This document shows, piece by piece, positions 1-7,963 of a stretch of DNA of 48,283 nucleotides. Within the stretch, counting starts at the first letter, position 1. The number at the start of each line of letters is the position of its first letter. The DNA is from a bacterium (GTDB taxonomy: Bacteria > CG2-30-53-67), in assembly GCA_024277725.1 (NCBI GenBank), contig JAJRUP010000013.1, positions 1 through 48,283 on the forward strand. Reading direction: 5' to 3'. Made by a program: the position numbers and the translations under genes. Under the pieces are notes generated by a model that was not told the DNA's origin, ran no database searches, and worked only from the letters and a program-made list of their open reading frames with translations.

Positions 1-142
1 GAAGTCATCAACAGGCCGAGGGCGGGTAAGCCCCGGCCTGGGGTGGGGGTGGAACCATTTGAATTTACTTCAAATGGCGGGGGAGGATTCTCCTCCCCCG
101 CCTCGTAAAAAGGCGTTCTTCGACTTTTTACGAGGTCATCAT
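1..142. repeat. Cluster of palindromes including the end(s) of a CTCGTAAAAAG...CTTTTTACGAG REP/MITE-like element
   Basis: Four adjacent hairpins: 12-40, 55-77, perfect 12-bp stem 76-102, and CCTCGTAAAAAG/CTTTTTACGAGG at 101-135. Related termini occur at 28506-28733 and 33761-33923. Confidence 0.65.
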
Positions 143-473
143 TTTTGAAGAGCAAAAGATGTGCCAAGGATCGTCTCGTCTTGCAGACGACGGCATCGGA
201 AGATGTAACACCTTGATTTTCTGCAGGATTCATGAGTATTCCTCCCGCTTGTATTCGGGGTGGGAAATGACCGGGAAAAGTGTCCGGTTTTCATACAGCC
301 CGTGCGAAAGGGAGATGCGAAATGACCCGATCTTATTGAAAACATGAAAGATCAGGCTTTGATCTCAAAATCGGTCACTGTCCGGATTCCGGTCATCCCG
401 AACAAAGAAGGGAGAATAACAAAAACCCTTTGAAAATCAGTGGATTGAAATATTTTCTCCAGGAAATCCCAAA

Positions 474-489
474 TGGCATAACCGTTGCA
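474..489 (+). promoter_or_regulatory. sigma54 (-24/-12) promoter upstream of the multiheme cytochrome gene
   Basis: TGGCATAACCGTTGCA fits TGGCA-N6-TTGCA with exact GG-N10-GC spacing. IHF-like site AATCAGTGGATTG lies just upstream at 435-447. Confidence 0.75.
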
Positions 490-536
490 TTCAGCCGATA
501 TGTGACCGGTATTTTTCTGCAACCTGATCGTTGAAA

Positions 537-1718
537 ATGGAGGCGATTGTGCTTTCCGTAGCCCGGCTTTCGATATTCTTTTTCCTCGTCTTCCTCTTCC
601 GGGCGGAAAAGTGTAGTGGAGAAGATATGCCTTCCGGGGATCCGGCTTATCAATATGTCTTTATTCCGGCCGAGATCTGCGCCGAATGTCATCCGAAGAT
701 CTATGCCATGTGGAAAGAATCGATGCATGCCCATTCCGTGGATGATCCGATCTTTGAGACCTCTTATGCACTGGCCTATCTCGCCGCCGGTGAAAAGGCG
801 AAGAAACTCTGTTTGAGGTGCCATGCCCCGACGACCCTGCAGACCCGTGATTATGAGAAGCGTTTGCCGATTACTGCCGAAGGAGTCACCTGCGACTTCT
901 GTCATTCCGTGCGCAGTGTGGATCTTGGGGACCCTGAGGATCCTTTTTTTATGAATCTGGAGATGCTCAAAGGAACCGACTGGCGGCGGGGGCGTTCCTT
1001 TCATGACCGCCGGATTCCCGATTCTCTCCGGCAATCCGAATTCTGTGCCGCCTGCCATGAGTATACCGCCGAAAACGGAGTAACCCTCCTTGGGACTTAT
1101 TCGGAGTGGAAGGCGGGTCCCTTATCCCGGAACAATACCCCATGCCAGGGATGTCACATGGCATCCGTAAAAGGCGCTCCCCGGGATCACCGGATGGTCC
1201 GACTCGGCAAAGGAATTGCCGCGGATATGACCTCCGGTGGGGCGGTGAATCTCCGGGAGTCGCCGGGAGATCTGCAGGTTCGGGTGGAACAAGTGGATCG
1301 CGACGGCGGCAACTTGACCGTCCGGGTCGGGATCCGTAATGCCGGAAGCGGACATCGTATCCCGACAGGGATACCCTCCCGGAGCCTGACACTGATCTGT
1401 GAGGTTCAATCGATCGCCCAGGGCGGCATCCTGACCCGGTCGAAGGTCTTTCGCAAACACCTGGTGGATGATGAAAGCGGGGAAGAGTTTGCCGATGATG
1501 CCGGGCTCTTTTTAAAACCGGCACGGATTCTTGATGATAACCGGCTGTTGCCGGGCGAAAGCCGGACGGCGGAGTTCAAGTTCCTTGTCGCACCCGAGGA
1601 GGAACTGCTGGTCAAGGCCTATGTCAATTATCTTTACCAACCGGTCCTGCTGCAGAAAACCGAGATGGTCATCCACGGGAGCGGGGACGAGAAAAGAGTC
1701 GGTGCCGTACGGAATTAA
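537..1718 (+). CDS. Periplasmic multiheme cytochrome c (5 CxxCH; cytochrome c554/c552-like) with C-terminal beta-rich domain
   Basis: CAECH, CLRCH, CDFCH, CAACH, CQGCH motifs; hydrophobic N-terminal signal; W..SMHA motif; GHxIPTG motif. Start 537 ATG or 531 TTG. Confidence 0.9.
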   Translation: MEAIVLSVARLSIFFFLVFLFRAEKCSGEDMPSGDPAYQYVFIPAEICAECHPKIYAMWKESMHAHSVDDPIFETSYALAYLAAGEKAKKLCLRCHAPTTLQTRDYEKRLPITAEGVTCDFCHSVRSVDLGDPEDPFFMNLEMLKGTDWRRGRSFHDRRIPDSLRQSEFCAACHEYTAENGVTLLGTYSEWKAGPLSRNNTPCQGCHMASVKGAPRDHRMVRLGKGIAADMTSGGAVNLRESPGDLQVRVEQVDRDGGNLTVRVGIRNAGSGHRIPTGIPSRSLTLICEVQSIAQGGILTRSKVFRKHLVDDESGEEFADDAGLFLKPARILDDNRLLPGESRTAEFKFLVAPEEELLVKAYVNYLYQPVLLQKTEMVIHGSGDEKRVGAVRN

Positions 1719-1738
1719 CCGGACAGGAGGGAATCGCC

Positions 1739-2044
1739 ATGGAAAATGTCCCACGTAAATCCGCACTCTTCGTGCAAATCGCAATGGTTTTCTGTTTTAA
1801 TCTCTTTATCCTGAGTTTTTTCGGGTGGTTTTTCTACCTGATCTACAGTGCGCATCAACTCAACGAATCGACCGGACCGGGCAGCGGGATTGCCTTTGTC
1901 GCAATCCCGATTGTAGCCATTCTTCTCTGGGTTGTGAATTATACCTCCTGTGGTTTGCTGACCGATGAGACCGCCCGAATTTTCGGGCGTGGCAGTGGTC
2001 GAGAACAGGAGGAGAGCGGGCATCCGGTGGAGTTTTCCGGTTAA
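1739..2044 (+). CDS. Small hypothetical membrane protein (2 predicted TM helices)
   Basis: Strong SD (AGGAGG) before ATG; two hydrophobic segments; 20 bp after the cytochrome stop. Confidence 0.65.
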   Translation: MENVPRKSALFVQIAMVFCFNLFILSFFGWFFYLIYSAHQLNESTGPGSGIAFVAIPIVAILLWVVNYTSCGLLTDETARIFGRGSGREQEESGHPVEFSG

Positions 2045-2174
2045 AAGAGGGACACGATGATGCCCCCGGTCCTGTACCCGGCAGAGGGGCGAACCCGAAA
2101 AAAATATCCTCCCCGCACCCTTGGGGAGATTCCGGATGATGTAACGTCCCGTCATGGACGGACAGGAGGAGATT

Positions 2175-2651
2175 ATGGCGACGGCAGATGAACTTTTGGG
2201 GAACAAGCTCTTTCGGGATATTTCAGCACTGAACCTGGAGAAGGTCCTGTTGATTGCAGAGGAGGTGACTTTTGCGCCCGGTACACGGATCTTCCGCGAA
2301 GGGGAGCAAGCGGGCGCCCTTTACGTGATCCTTGAGGGGATCCTGGATCTTACTTTCCAATTCAAGATCGGTGAGGTGGAAAGTGAACTGACCCTTGACT
2401 CGAAAGGAAAAGGGGAATCGGTGGGTTGGTCGGCGCTGGTCCCGCCGCACCGGTATACCCTGACGGGGGTCTGCCGGAAATCGGTAAAGGCTCTTTCCAT
2501 GGACGGCGATTATCTCCTCAATATTTGCCGGGATGACCGGAACTTCGGATTTCTCCTCATGCGGAACATCGCCGGAATCGTGGGAACACGGATGAAACAG
2601 CTTCAGACGATGTTTATTCAGGAAGTCCAGCGAGGAATCAATATGCCCTGA
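2175..2651 (+). CDS. Stand-alone cyclic-nucleotide-binding (Crp-like sensor) domain protein, no HTH
   Basis: IFREGEQAGALYVILEG and GESVGWSALVPPHRYT motifs; AGGAGG SD before ATG 2175; ends without a DNA-binding domain. Confidence 0.85.
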   Translation: MATADELLGNKLFRDISALNLEKVLLIAEEVTFAPGTRIFREGEQAGALYVILEGILDLTFQFKIGEVESELTLDSKGKGESVGWSALVPPHRYTLTGVCRKSVKALSMDGDYLLNICRDDRNFGFLLMRNIAGIVGTRMKQLQTMFIQEVQRGINMP

Positions 2652-2875
2652 ATCATGCGTCATTTTTTTCTTTCCTTTTTGTTTTCTTTCTGGTAAGTTA
2701 ATCGCCTCATAGTATCTTTTGCATCTTCGATTCACCTTGGCCGACAAGGGACTGAGTCCATGGAGGCGGTCATGGGGGGATCGAACGTCAAAGGGGGGTA
2801 CCGCAGGCCGTCATGGCCGGGGGAAATCTTAACCGTAGGCGAACGATGAACGTTCGACCTAAAGGAGGAGAGTGT

Positions 2876-3379
2876 ATGGGTACAAAGATGACAATCATTG
2901 CAACAAAAGGGACGCTTGATTGGGCCTATCCGCCTTTTATCCTCGGTTCTACTGCCGCATCACTCGATTTTGATGTGACCATTTTCTTCACCTTTTACGG
3001 ACTCACTCTGCTGAAAAAAGAGATTACGGCGCAAGTCAGTCCTCTCGGAAATCCGGCCATGCCGATGAAGATGCCCATGGGGCCCAAGTGGTTCCGGAAT
3101 ATCAACTGGAACATCCCCAATATTATCCAGGCCAATATCCCCGGCTATGAAACCGTTGCCACGGCGCTCATGAAAAAGACGATCGCCAATGTCGGTGTTG
3201 CCTCCATTGAGGAACTGAGAAGCCTCTGTCTGGATGCCGGTGTAAAAATGATGGCCTGTCAGATGACGGTCGATCTTTTCGGTTTTGAACAAAGCGAGTT
3301 TATCGACGGTATCAAGTTTGTCGGCGCGGCTTCCTATCTTGATGTTGCGAGTGAATCGCAGATCAATCTCTTTACGTAA
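2876..3379 (+). CDS. dsrE2: DsrE2-type (DsrE/DsrF/DrsH family) sulfur carrier protein
   Basis: IIATKGTLDWAYPPFIL, FFTFYGL and ACQMTVDLF motifs; two Cys spaced 10 residues apart; AAGGAGG SD. Confidence 0.85.
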   Translation: MGTKMTIIATKGTLDWAYPPFILGSTAASLDFDVTIFFTFYGLTLLKKEITAQVSPLGNPAMPMKMPMGPKWFRNINWNIPNIIQANIPGYETVATALMKKTIANVGVASIEELRSLCLDAGVKMMACQMTVDLFGFEQSEFIDGIKFVGAASYLDVASESQINLFT

Positions 3380-3475
3380 GTCTTTATTTGCGCTCCGCTT
3401 GACACAATCCTGTGGCCCTGGTATTCGGGTAGAAAGGACTTCTGCCCGTTACCGGGGTATTTTTTTGAGGTGGCG

Positions 3476-3727
3476 ATGCCGAAATTTCTCACCTTTCATC
3501 ATGAACCGGGGAAAAGCTGGGAGAAACTGGAAGAGGCCTACACGCGCCTGGCCAAAGAAACCACGGCCGTCTGGATCCGGACTTACTATGATCCGGGAGA
3601 AGGGCATCGAATCTGTGAGTGGGATGCACCGAGTGATGAGACCCTGGTGGTGATCTTCAAACGGATGGGGATCTCTTTTGAAAAGATCGTTTCCGTGGAA
3701 GAGGTTCTGCCGAGTCGATGGCGGTAA
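3476..3727 (+). CDS. DUF4242 / SCO4226-like small ferredoxin-fold protein
   Basis: MPKFL...WIRTYYD...ICEWDAPSDE...ISFEKIVSVEEV pattern; GAGGTG SD. Confidence 0.75.
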   Translation: MPKFLTFHHEPGKSWEKLEEAYTRLAKETTAVWIRTYYDPGEGHRICEWDAPSDETLVVIFKRMGISFEKIVSVEEVLPSRWR

Positions 3728-3737
3728 ATATACAATC

Positions 3738-3818
3738 TGTTCAAGCAGTTTAAACCGTTCAACCGGCTCAAACCGTTTAGAGCGCTTGAACTGCTTAAAC
3801 AGTTTGAACGTTTTAAAC
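3738..3818. repeat. Degenerate 9-bp tandem repeat (about 9 units, consensus NGTTTAAAC), self-complementary
   Basis: Units tgttcaagc agtttaaac cgttcaacc ggctcaaac cgtttagag cgcttgaac tgcttaaac agtttgaac gttttaaac lie between convergent genes. Confidence 0.8.
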
Positions 3819-5417
3819 GACGATTGCCACACCGCCCCTGCGGTGGTCTCCGGCCCCCGCCATCCTGTCTGAACCCGGCATCCGGGTTACGGCATGGACC
3901 CCTCCGAAGAAGAGATTGGTTTCTTTCCAGCGAATCCGTTTTGCAGGATCGCAGAGGTGGGCGGCAATCTGCGCCTCGATCCCCGGCTCCTGGTTCAGCA
4001 CTCCCTGCTCCCAGTGAATCCGCGGGGCATTTACGACCTCCCGGATCTCCATCTTAAAATCGATCAGGTTGACAATCGACTGGACGATGGCGGAACGGAT
4101 CCGGTTGCTTCCGCCGCTTCCGAGGACCGCCACCGGGTCCGCACCCTGCAGGATGATGGTGGGGGCCATCATGGACGATACCCGTCGGCCCGGTGCGTGT
4201 TGATGAAACCCGCCGGGGTTCAGGTCTTCTTCTCCGAGCATGTTGTTCAGCATGATGCCGGTGTCGGGGAGAAAGATCCCCGATCCCTCACCGTTCGATG
4301 CCGTCATGGAAGCGGCGTTCCCGAATGGATCCAGAATGCTGATGTGGGTGGTGCTGGAACTGCCGCCGGAAAGATCCATTTCCTCCGGGTGGGGGCTTTC
4401 TCCCTTCAACAGGCGGTGGAGCTGCCGCCTGTATTTTGCGATCCTTTTCGGCAAGAGAAACTCCGGAAACTCCTCCGGCCGATCTTCCGGAAGCCTCTGC
4501 CAGGATTCCCGGACGGCATTGGTGATCTGCATGGCACCGATGAGGGCATTGAGAACGGAGGCACACTGCCGGGCGTCTGCTGAAAGATTGATGTCCTCGA
4601 GGAGCTTCAGGCAGAGTGCGATCAAGGCACCTCCTGTCGAGGGCGGTGGATTGGTGAGGATCCTGTAACCCCGGTATTCAAATACCAGAGGGGAGCGGAT
4701 CCTGACCTGATAGGACCGGAGGTCTTCTCCGGTGAGGAGAAAGCCGTCATCGGAGCATGCCGTCAGTAGTTTTTCCGCAAGCGCACCTTCATAAAAAAGG
4801 GTAGGGCCCTCACGGGAAAGGGCCTCCAGTGTATCTGCAAAGTCCGGGAGGATCAGAAGGTCCCCCTCCTGCAACAATTTCCCACGGGGTGCAAAATAGC
4901 TTTTTCCCGGGTGGGTGAGCGTGAGAATCGGTTCGAGGAGAGCGATAAAATAGGCCTGGTGCAGGTTGATCACAATCCCTTGACGTGCGAGTTGTATCGC
5001 CGGTTGCAGCACATCTTCCAGGGGGAGGATGCCGTAGCGACGATGGGCTTCAAAGAGGCCGGCGATGCTGCCCGGGACGGCAACCGAAGCGGGACCGACG
5101 TGAAATTCCTGATGGGTTGTGCCGAAATTGACATTGACGGGAAAAAAATCTTTTTTCGTGGGACGATGGGGATTGCCGAGGCCGGGCATGTTGACGAAGA
5201 AGTCGAAGAGGCGTGCCTCATGACGTTCCCTGAAATAGAGGTTCAAAAAACCGCCGCCGCCTGCTGAGGTCAATGTCAGTTCCGCCAGGAAAGAGGTAAA
5301 GGCGGCGGCGACAACGGCGTCGACGGCATTTCCCCCTTGTCGCAGGATTTCGGCTCCGGTCTGTGCCGTCGCTTCGTGGCCGGCGGCAATGACTCCTTTG
5401 GCATGATGCCCCTTCAA
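3813..5417 (-). CDS. ggt: Gamma-glutamyltransferase family Ntn-hydrolase, cytoplasmic (no signal peptide)
   Basis: GGNAVDA, SAGGGGF, TTHISILD (nucleophile Thr), GIMLNNML, SSMMAP and APRIH motifs. Confidence 0.92.
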   Translation of the reverse strand: MKGHHAKGVIAAGHEATAQTGAEILRQGGNAVDAVVAAAFTSFLAELTLTSAGGGGFLNLYFRERHEARLFDFFVNMPGLGNPHRPTKKDFFPVNVNFGTTHQEFHVGPASVAVPGSIAGLFEAHRRYGILPLEDVLQPAIQLARQGIVINLHQAYFIALLEPILTLTHPGKSYFAPRGKLLQEGDLLILPDFADTLEALSREGPTLFYEGALAEKLLTACSDDGFLLTGEDLRSYQVRIRSPLVFEYRGYRILTNPPPSTGGALIALCLKLLEDINLSADARQCASVLNALIGAMQITNAVRESWQRLPEDRPEEFPEFLLPKRIAKYRRQLHRLLKGESPHPEEMDLSGGSSSTTHISILDPFGNAASMTASNGEGSGIFLPDTGIMLNNMLGEEDLNPGGFHQHAPGRRVSSMMAPTIILQGADPVAVLGSGGSNRIRSAIVQSIVNLIDFKMEIREVVNAPRIHWEQGVLNQEPGIEAQIAAHLCDPAKRIRWKETNLFFGGVHAVTRMPGSDRMAGAGDHRRGGVAIVV

Positions 5418-6625
5418 AGACCGTTTTCCTCCAGATCGTGGGTTTGGAGCAGCCGGATGACGGCCCAGCAGAGTACTTTCACCGCTTCCGGGATGGCCGC
5501 CTCATCCACGTCGAAAAGATTGCTGTGCAGGTAATGACGGGTATCCTTGGCGGGGTTCCCCGTGCCGATCCGGAAGTACGTTCCGGGAACTTTTTCAATA
5601 TAGGAAGAGAAGTCTTCGCCGCCGAGGGAGGGCTCCTGGAGGGAGACGACCCGGTCGTCGCCGAGGATCTCCACAGCGCTTTGCTCCAGGATGCGGGTGA
5701 TGACGGGATGATTGTTCAGCGGCGGAGAGCCCCGGTCGATATTCAGGCGGTAGCGTCCTCCCATCCCCTCCGTAATGCCCCGGACCTTTTTTTCGATCTG
5801 TTCCATGATCAGGTCCCGGGTTTTGTTGAAGGTTGCCCGGATTGTTCCGCGCAACTCCACGTGATCACAGATGACGTTTTCGGCGGATCCTCCCCGGATC
5901 ATCCCGATCGAAACCACCGCCGGATGGACCGGGTCGATCCGGCTGCTCACGATCAGGTGCAGGGCATGGATGACCATGGCGGCGATCGAGATGGCATCGA
6001 CGGCGAGATGCGGTTTGGCGGCGTGGCCGGTTTTTCCATAAATATGAATCGAGAAGAGATCCGCCGAGGCCATCATTACCCCCTCCTTGAGTCCGATAAC
6101 ACCTGTGGGAAGAAGAGGGAAGCTGTGAAAACCGAGCATCACGGAGACGGGGGGATTCTCCAGGACACCGGCCCGGATCATCCGGTCGGCCCCCAGGACC
6201 CGCTCTTCGCAGGGTTGAAAGATGAACTTGACATTCCCCTTCAGTTTGTCGCGATACTGCGAAAGGACTTGGGCCGCACCGATGAGAGTGGCCATATGAA
6301 GGTCATGGCCGCAGGCATGCATGACGCCGGGGACCTTGGAACAATAGGAGGTCTCTTTCATGTCCTGGATCGGCAGGGCATCCATGTCGGCCCGGATCCC
6401 GATGGTGCGTCCAGGTCCGACACCGCGCAAAAGCGCCGTAACACCGGTCATGGCAATGCCGGCTTCCACCTCAAGGTTCATCTCACAAAGGCGGTCGCGA
6501 AGCAGCGCAGCCGTCCGGACCTCTTTGTTCCCAAGTTCGGGATGCTGATGAAAGTGTCTTCGAAGTGCGACCAGTTCCTCCTGGATGGCATGGACCTTTT
6601 CTTTGATGTCTTCGACGTCGATCAT
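5414..6625 (-). CDS. M20D family amidohydrolase (HipO/AbgB-like)
   Basis: HQHPELG, RADMDALP, MHACGHD, FQPCEE, GHAAKPH and GEDF motifs. Confidence 0.93.
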   Translation of the reverse strand: MIDVEDIKEKVHAIQEELVALRRHFHQHPELGNKEVRTAALLRDRLCEMNLEVEAGIAMTGVTALLRGVGPGRTIGIRADMDALPIQDMKETSYCSKVPGVMHACGHDLHMATLIGAAQVLSQYRDKLKGNVKFIFQPCEERVLGADRMIRAGVLENPPVSVMLGFHSFPLLPTGVIGLKEGVMMASADLFSIHIYGKTGHAAKPHLAVDAISIAAMVIHALHLIVSSRIDPVHPAVVSIGMIRGGSAENVICDHVELRGTIRATFNKTRDLIMEQIEKKVRGITEGMGGRYRLNIDRGSPPLNNHPVITRILEQSAVEILGDDRVVSLQEPSLGGEDFSSYIEKVPGTYFRIGTGNPAKDTRHYLHSNLFDVDEAAIPEAVKVLCWAVIRLLQTHDLEENGL

Positions 6626-7734
6626 GGCTTCATTTTCTCCATCAGGTCATCGACGACCGCAAGGAGGCTGCCGGTTTTTTCAAAGACCCGGAGTTGATGA
6701 TGGGCGCTGGTTCCCTGTGAGAAAATCCGGTCGACCTGTTCCAGATAGGGGAGAGTCCCCAGTGTGCCGGCTGTGTCGTTCAGACGGGTCAGGAGGTTTT
6801 TCACGGCCCGGCGGATGGGGATTGTCCGGTGGGTCGTATAATCGATAAAATAGCCGTCGAGACCGTGTCGTGCCGCCTGCCACCGGTTTTCCTCCACCAG
6901 CTGGCGCAGTGGAATCCCGGGGAGTTCCTTCCGGTCGTAGAGCCTGCAGAGCCAGACGACGAGGGTCTGGATCAACGCCGTCAGGATCAGCATGTCCTCC
7001 ACCGTTGAGGGAGAGTCACAAACACGCACCTCAACCGTGCCGAAGGTCGGATGGGGTCGTGCCTCCCACCAGATCTCCCGGGTGCTCTCGATCGTCCGGG
7101 TGGAAATGAGAATTTCTACGAGTTTCTCAAATTCCACCCAGTTTTTGATCCGGGGCGGCAGACCCGCCGTTGGAAGGACTTCAAAGATGTTGATCCGGGA
7201 AGAGTACAAACCGGTGTTGTATCCGCACCAGAAGGGGGAACTGGTCGAAAGGGCCAACAGATGGGGCAGATACCCTCGCAGGATGTTGAGAGTTGCCGTT
7301 GTCTTGTCTCCGTCGCTGATCCCGATGTGCACATGAAAGCCGCAGATGTTCAGGCGCCGTCCCAAAATCTGGAACTCTTTTTGCAAACGCTGGTACCGTG
7401 GGTCGGGCGTGACAATCTGATTCTTCCAGGAGGAAGAAGGATGCGTGGAGGCGCACAGGAGGCCCAGCCCCTGTTCTTCTGCGATCTTGTGGGTCAGGGC
7501 AAACAATTCCCGGAGATTGTCCTCAACCTCTTTCGGGTTGTGACAGATGCGGGTGTTGACCTCCAGGGTGGATTGAGTAAACTCCGGTTTGATCCGTTCA
7601 TGGAGGGACGGAGGAACCCGCTCAAGGATATCGAAAATTCTTGAGGCAAGATGGCGTGTCTTTCGATCCACAATCTGCATTTCCACTTCAACGCCGATGG
7701 TGGGTCCCTCTGAGCCGTTGAATGGAAGGGCCAT
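6622..7734 (-). CDS. ybdK: YbdK-family carboxylate-amine ligase (glutamate--cysteine ligase 2)
   Basis: TIGVEVEMQIVD, STHP, CGFHVHIG, ALSTSSPFW and WWEARPHPTFGTVEVRVCD motifs; ATG 7734 with AAGGTG SD. Confidence 0.9.
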   Translation of the reverse strand: MALPFNGSEGPTIGVEVEMQIVDRKTRHLASRIFDILERVPPSLHERIKPEFTQSTLEVNTRICHNPKEVEDNLRELFALTHKIAEEQGLGLLCASTHPSSSWKNQIVTPDPRYQRLQKEFQILGRRLNICGFHVHIGISDGDKTTATLNILRGYLPHLLALSTSSPFWCGYNTGLYSSRINIFEVLPTAGLPPRIKNWVEFEKLVEILISTRTIESTREIWWEARPHPTFGTVEVRVCDSPSTVEDMLILTALIQTLVVWLCRLYDRKELPGIPLRQLVEENRWQAARHGLDGYFIDYTTHRTIPIRRAVKNLLTRLNDTAGTLGTLPYLEQVDRIFSQGTSAHHQLRVFEKTGSLLAVVDDLMEKMKP

Positions 7735-7904
7735 TTGCACCTTTTGGATTGACGAGAATCCCCTTCGGGGATGCGCATGCTTCCAATGAAGTCCCGCAAC
7801 GATTTTCTTTTATACTATCGAATGTTCCGGCGGAATTCAAGCGGAGTCTTTGTCCCGGAATGAGAAGCAGGCGGGGTTGTTTTTCATATCGGTATGATTC
7901 ACCG

Positions 7905-7932
7905 TTGACATTCGGTATTCGAACTGTATATA
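7905..7932 (+). promoter_or_regulatory. Putative sigma70 promoter for the serA-like gene
   Basis: TTGACA at 7905-7910, 16-bp spacer, TATATA; SD AAGGAG before ATG 7964. Confidence 0.4.
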
Positions 7933-7963
7933 TGAGGAAGAAAACAATCGGAAAGGAGTTGCG

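Noticed and set aside
139-347. Short ORFs 139-345 (-) and 159-347 (+)
   Set aside because: No SD or motif support; the region is better explained as the upstream regulatory region of the sigma54 promoter.
2052-2100. Hammerhead-ribozyme-like look (CGATGA-stem-GAA)
   Set aside because: The core lacks the exact CUGANGA and GAAA, and I could not build stems I and III with a cleavage triplet.
537-3727. Selenocysteine or pyrrolysine read-through in the redox genes
   Set aside because: The ORFs appear complete at their stops; no in-frame TGA/TAG at a catalytic position was seen.
3738-3818. Possible CRISPR array
   Set aside because: 9-bp contiguous degenerate units with no spacers, and no cas genes in the window.
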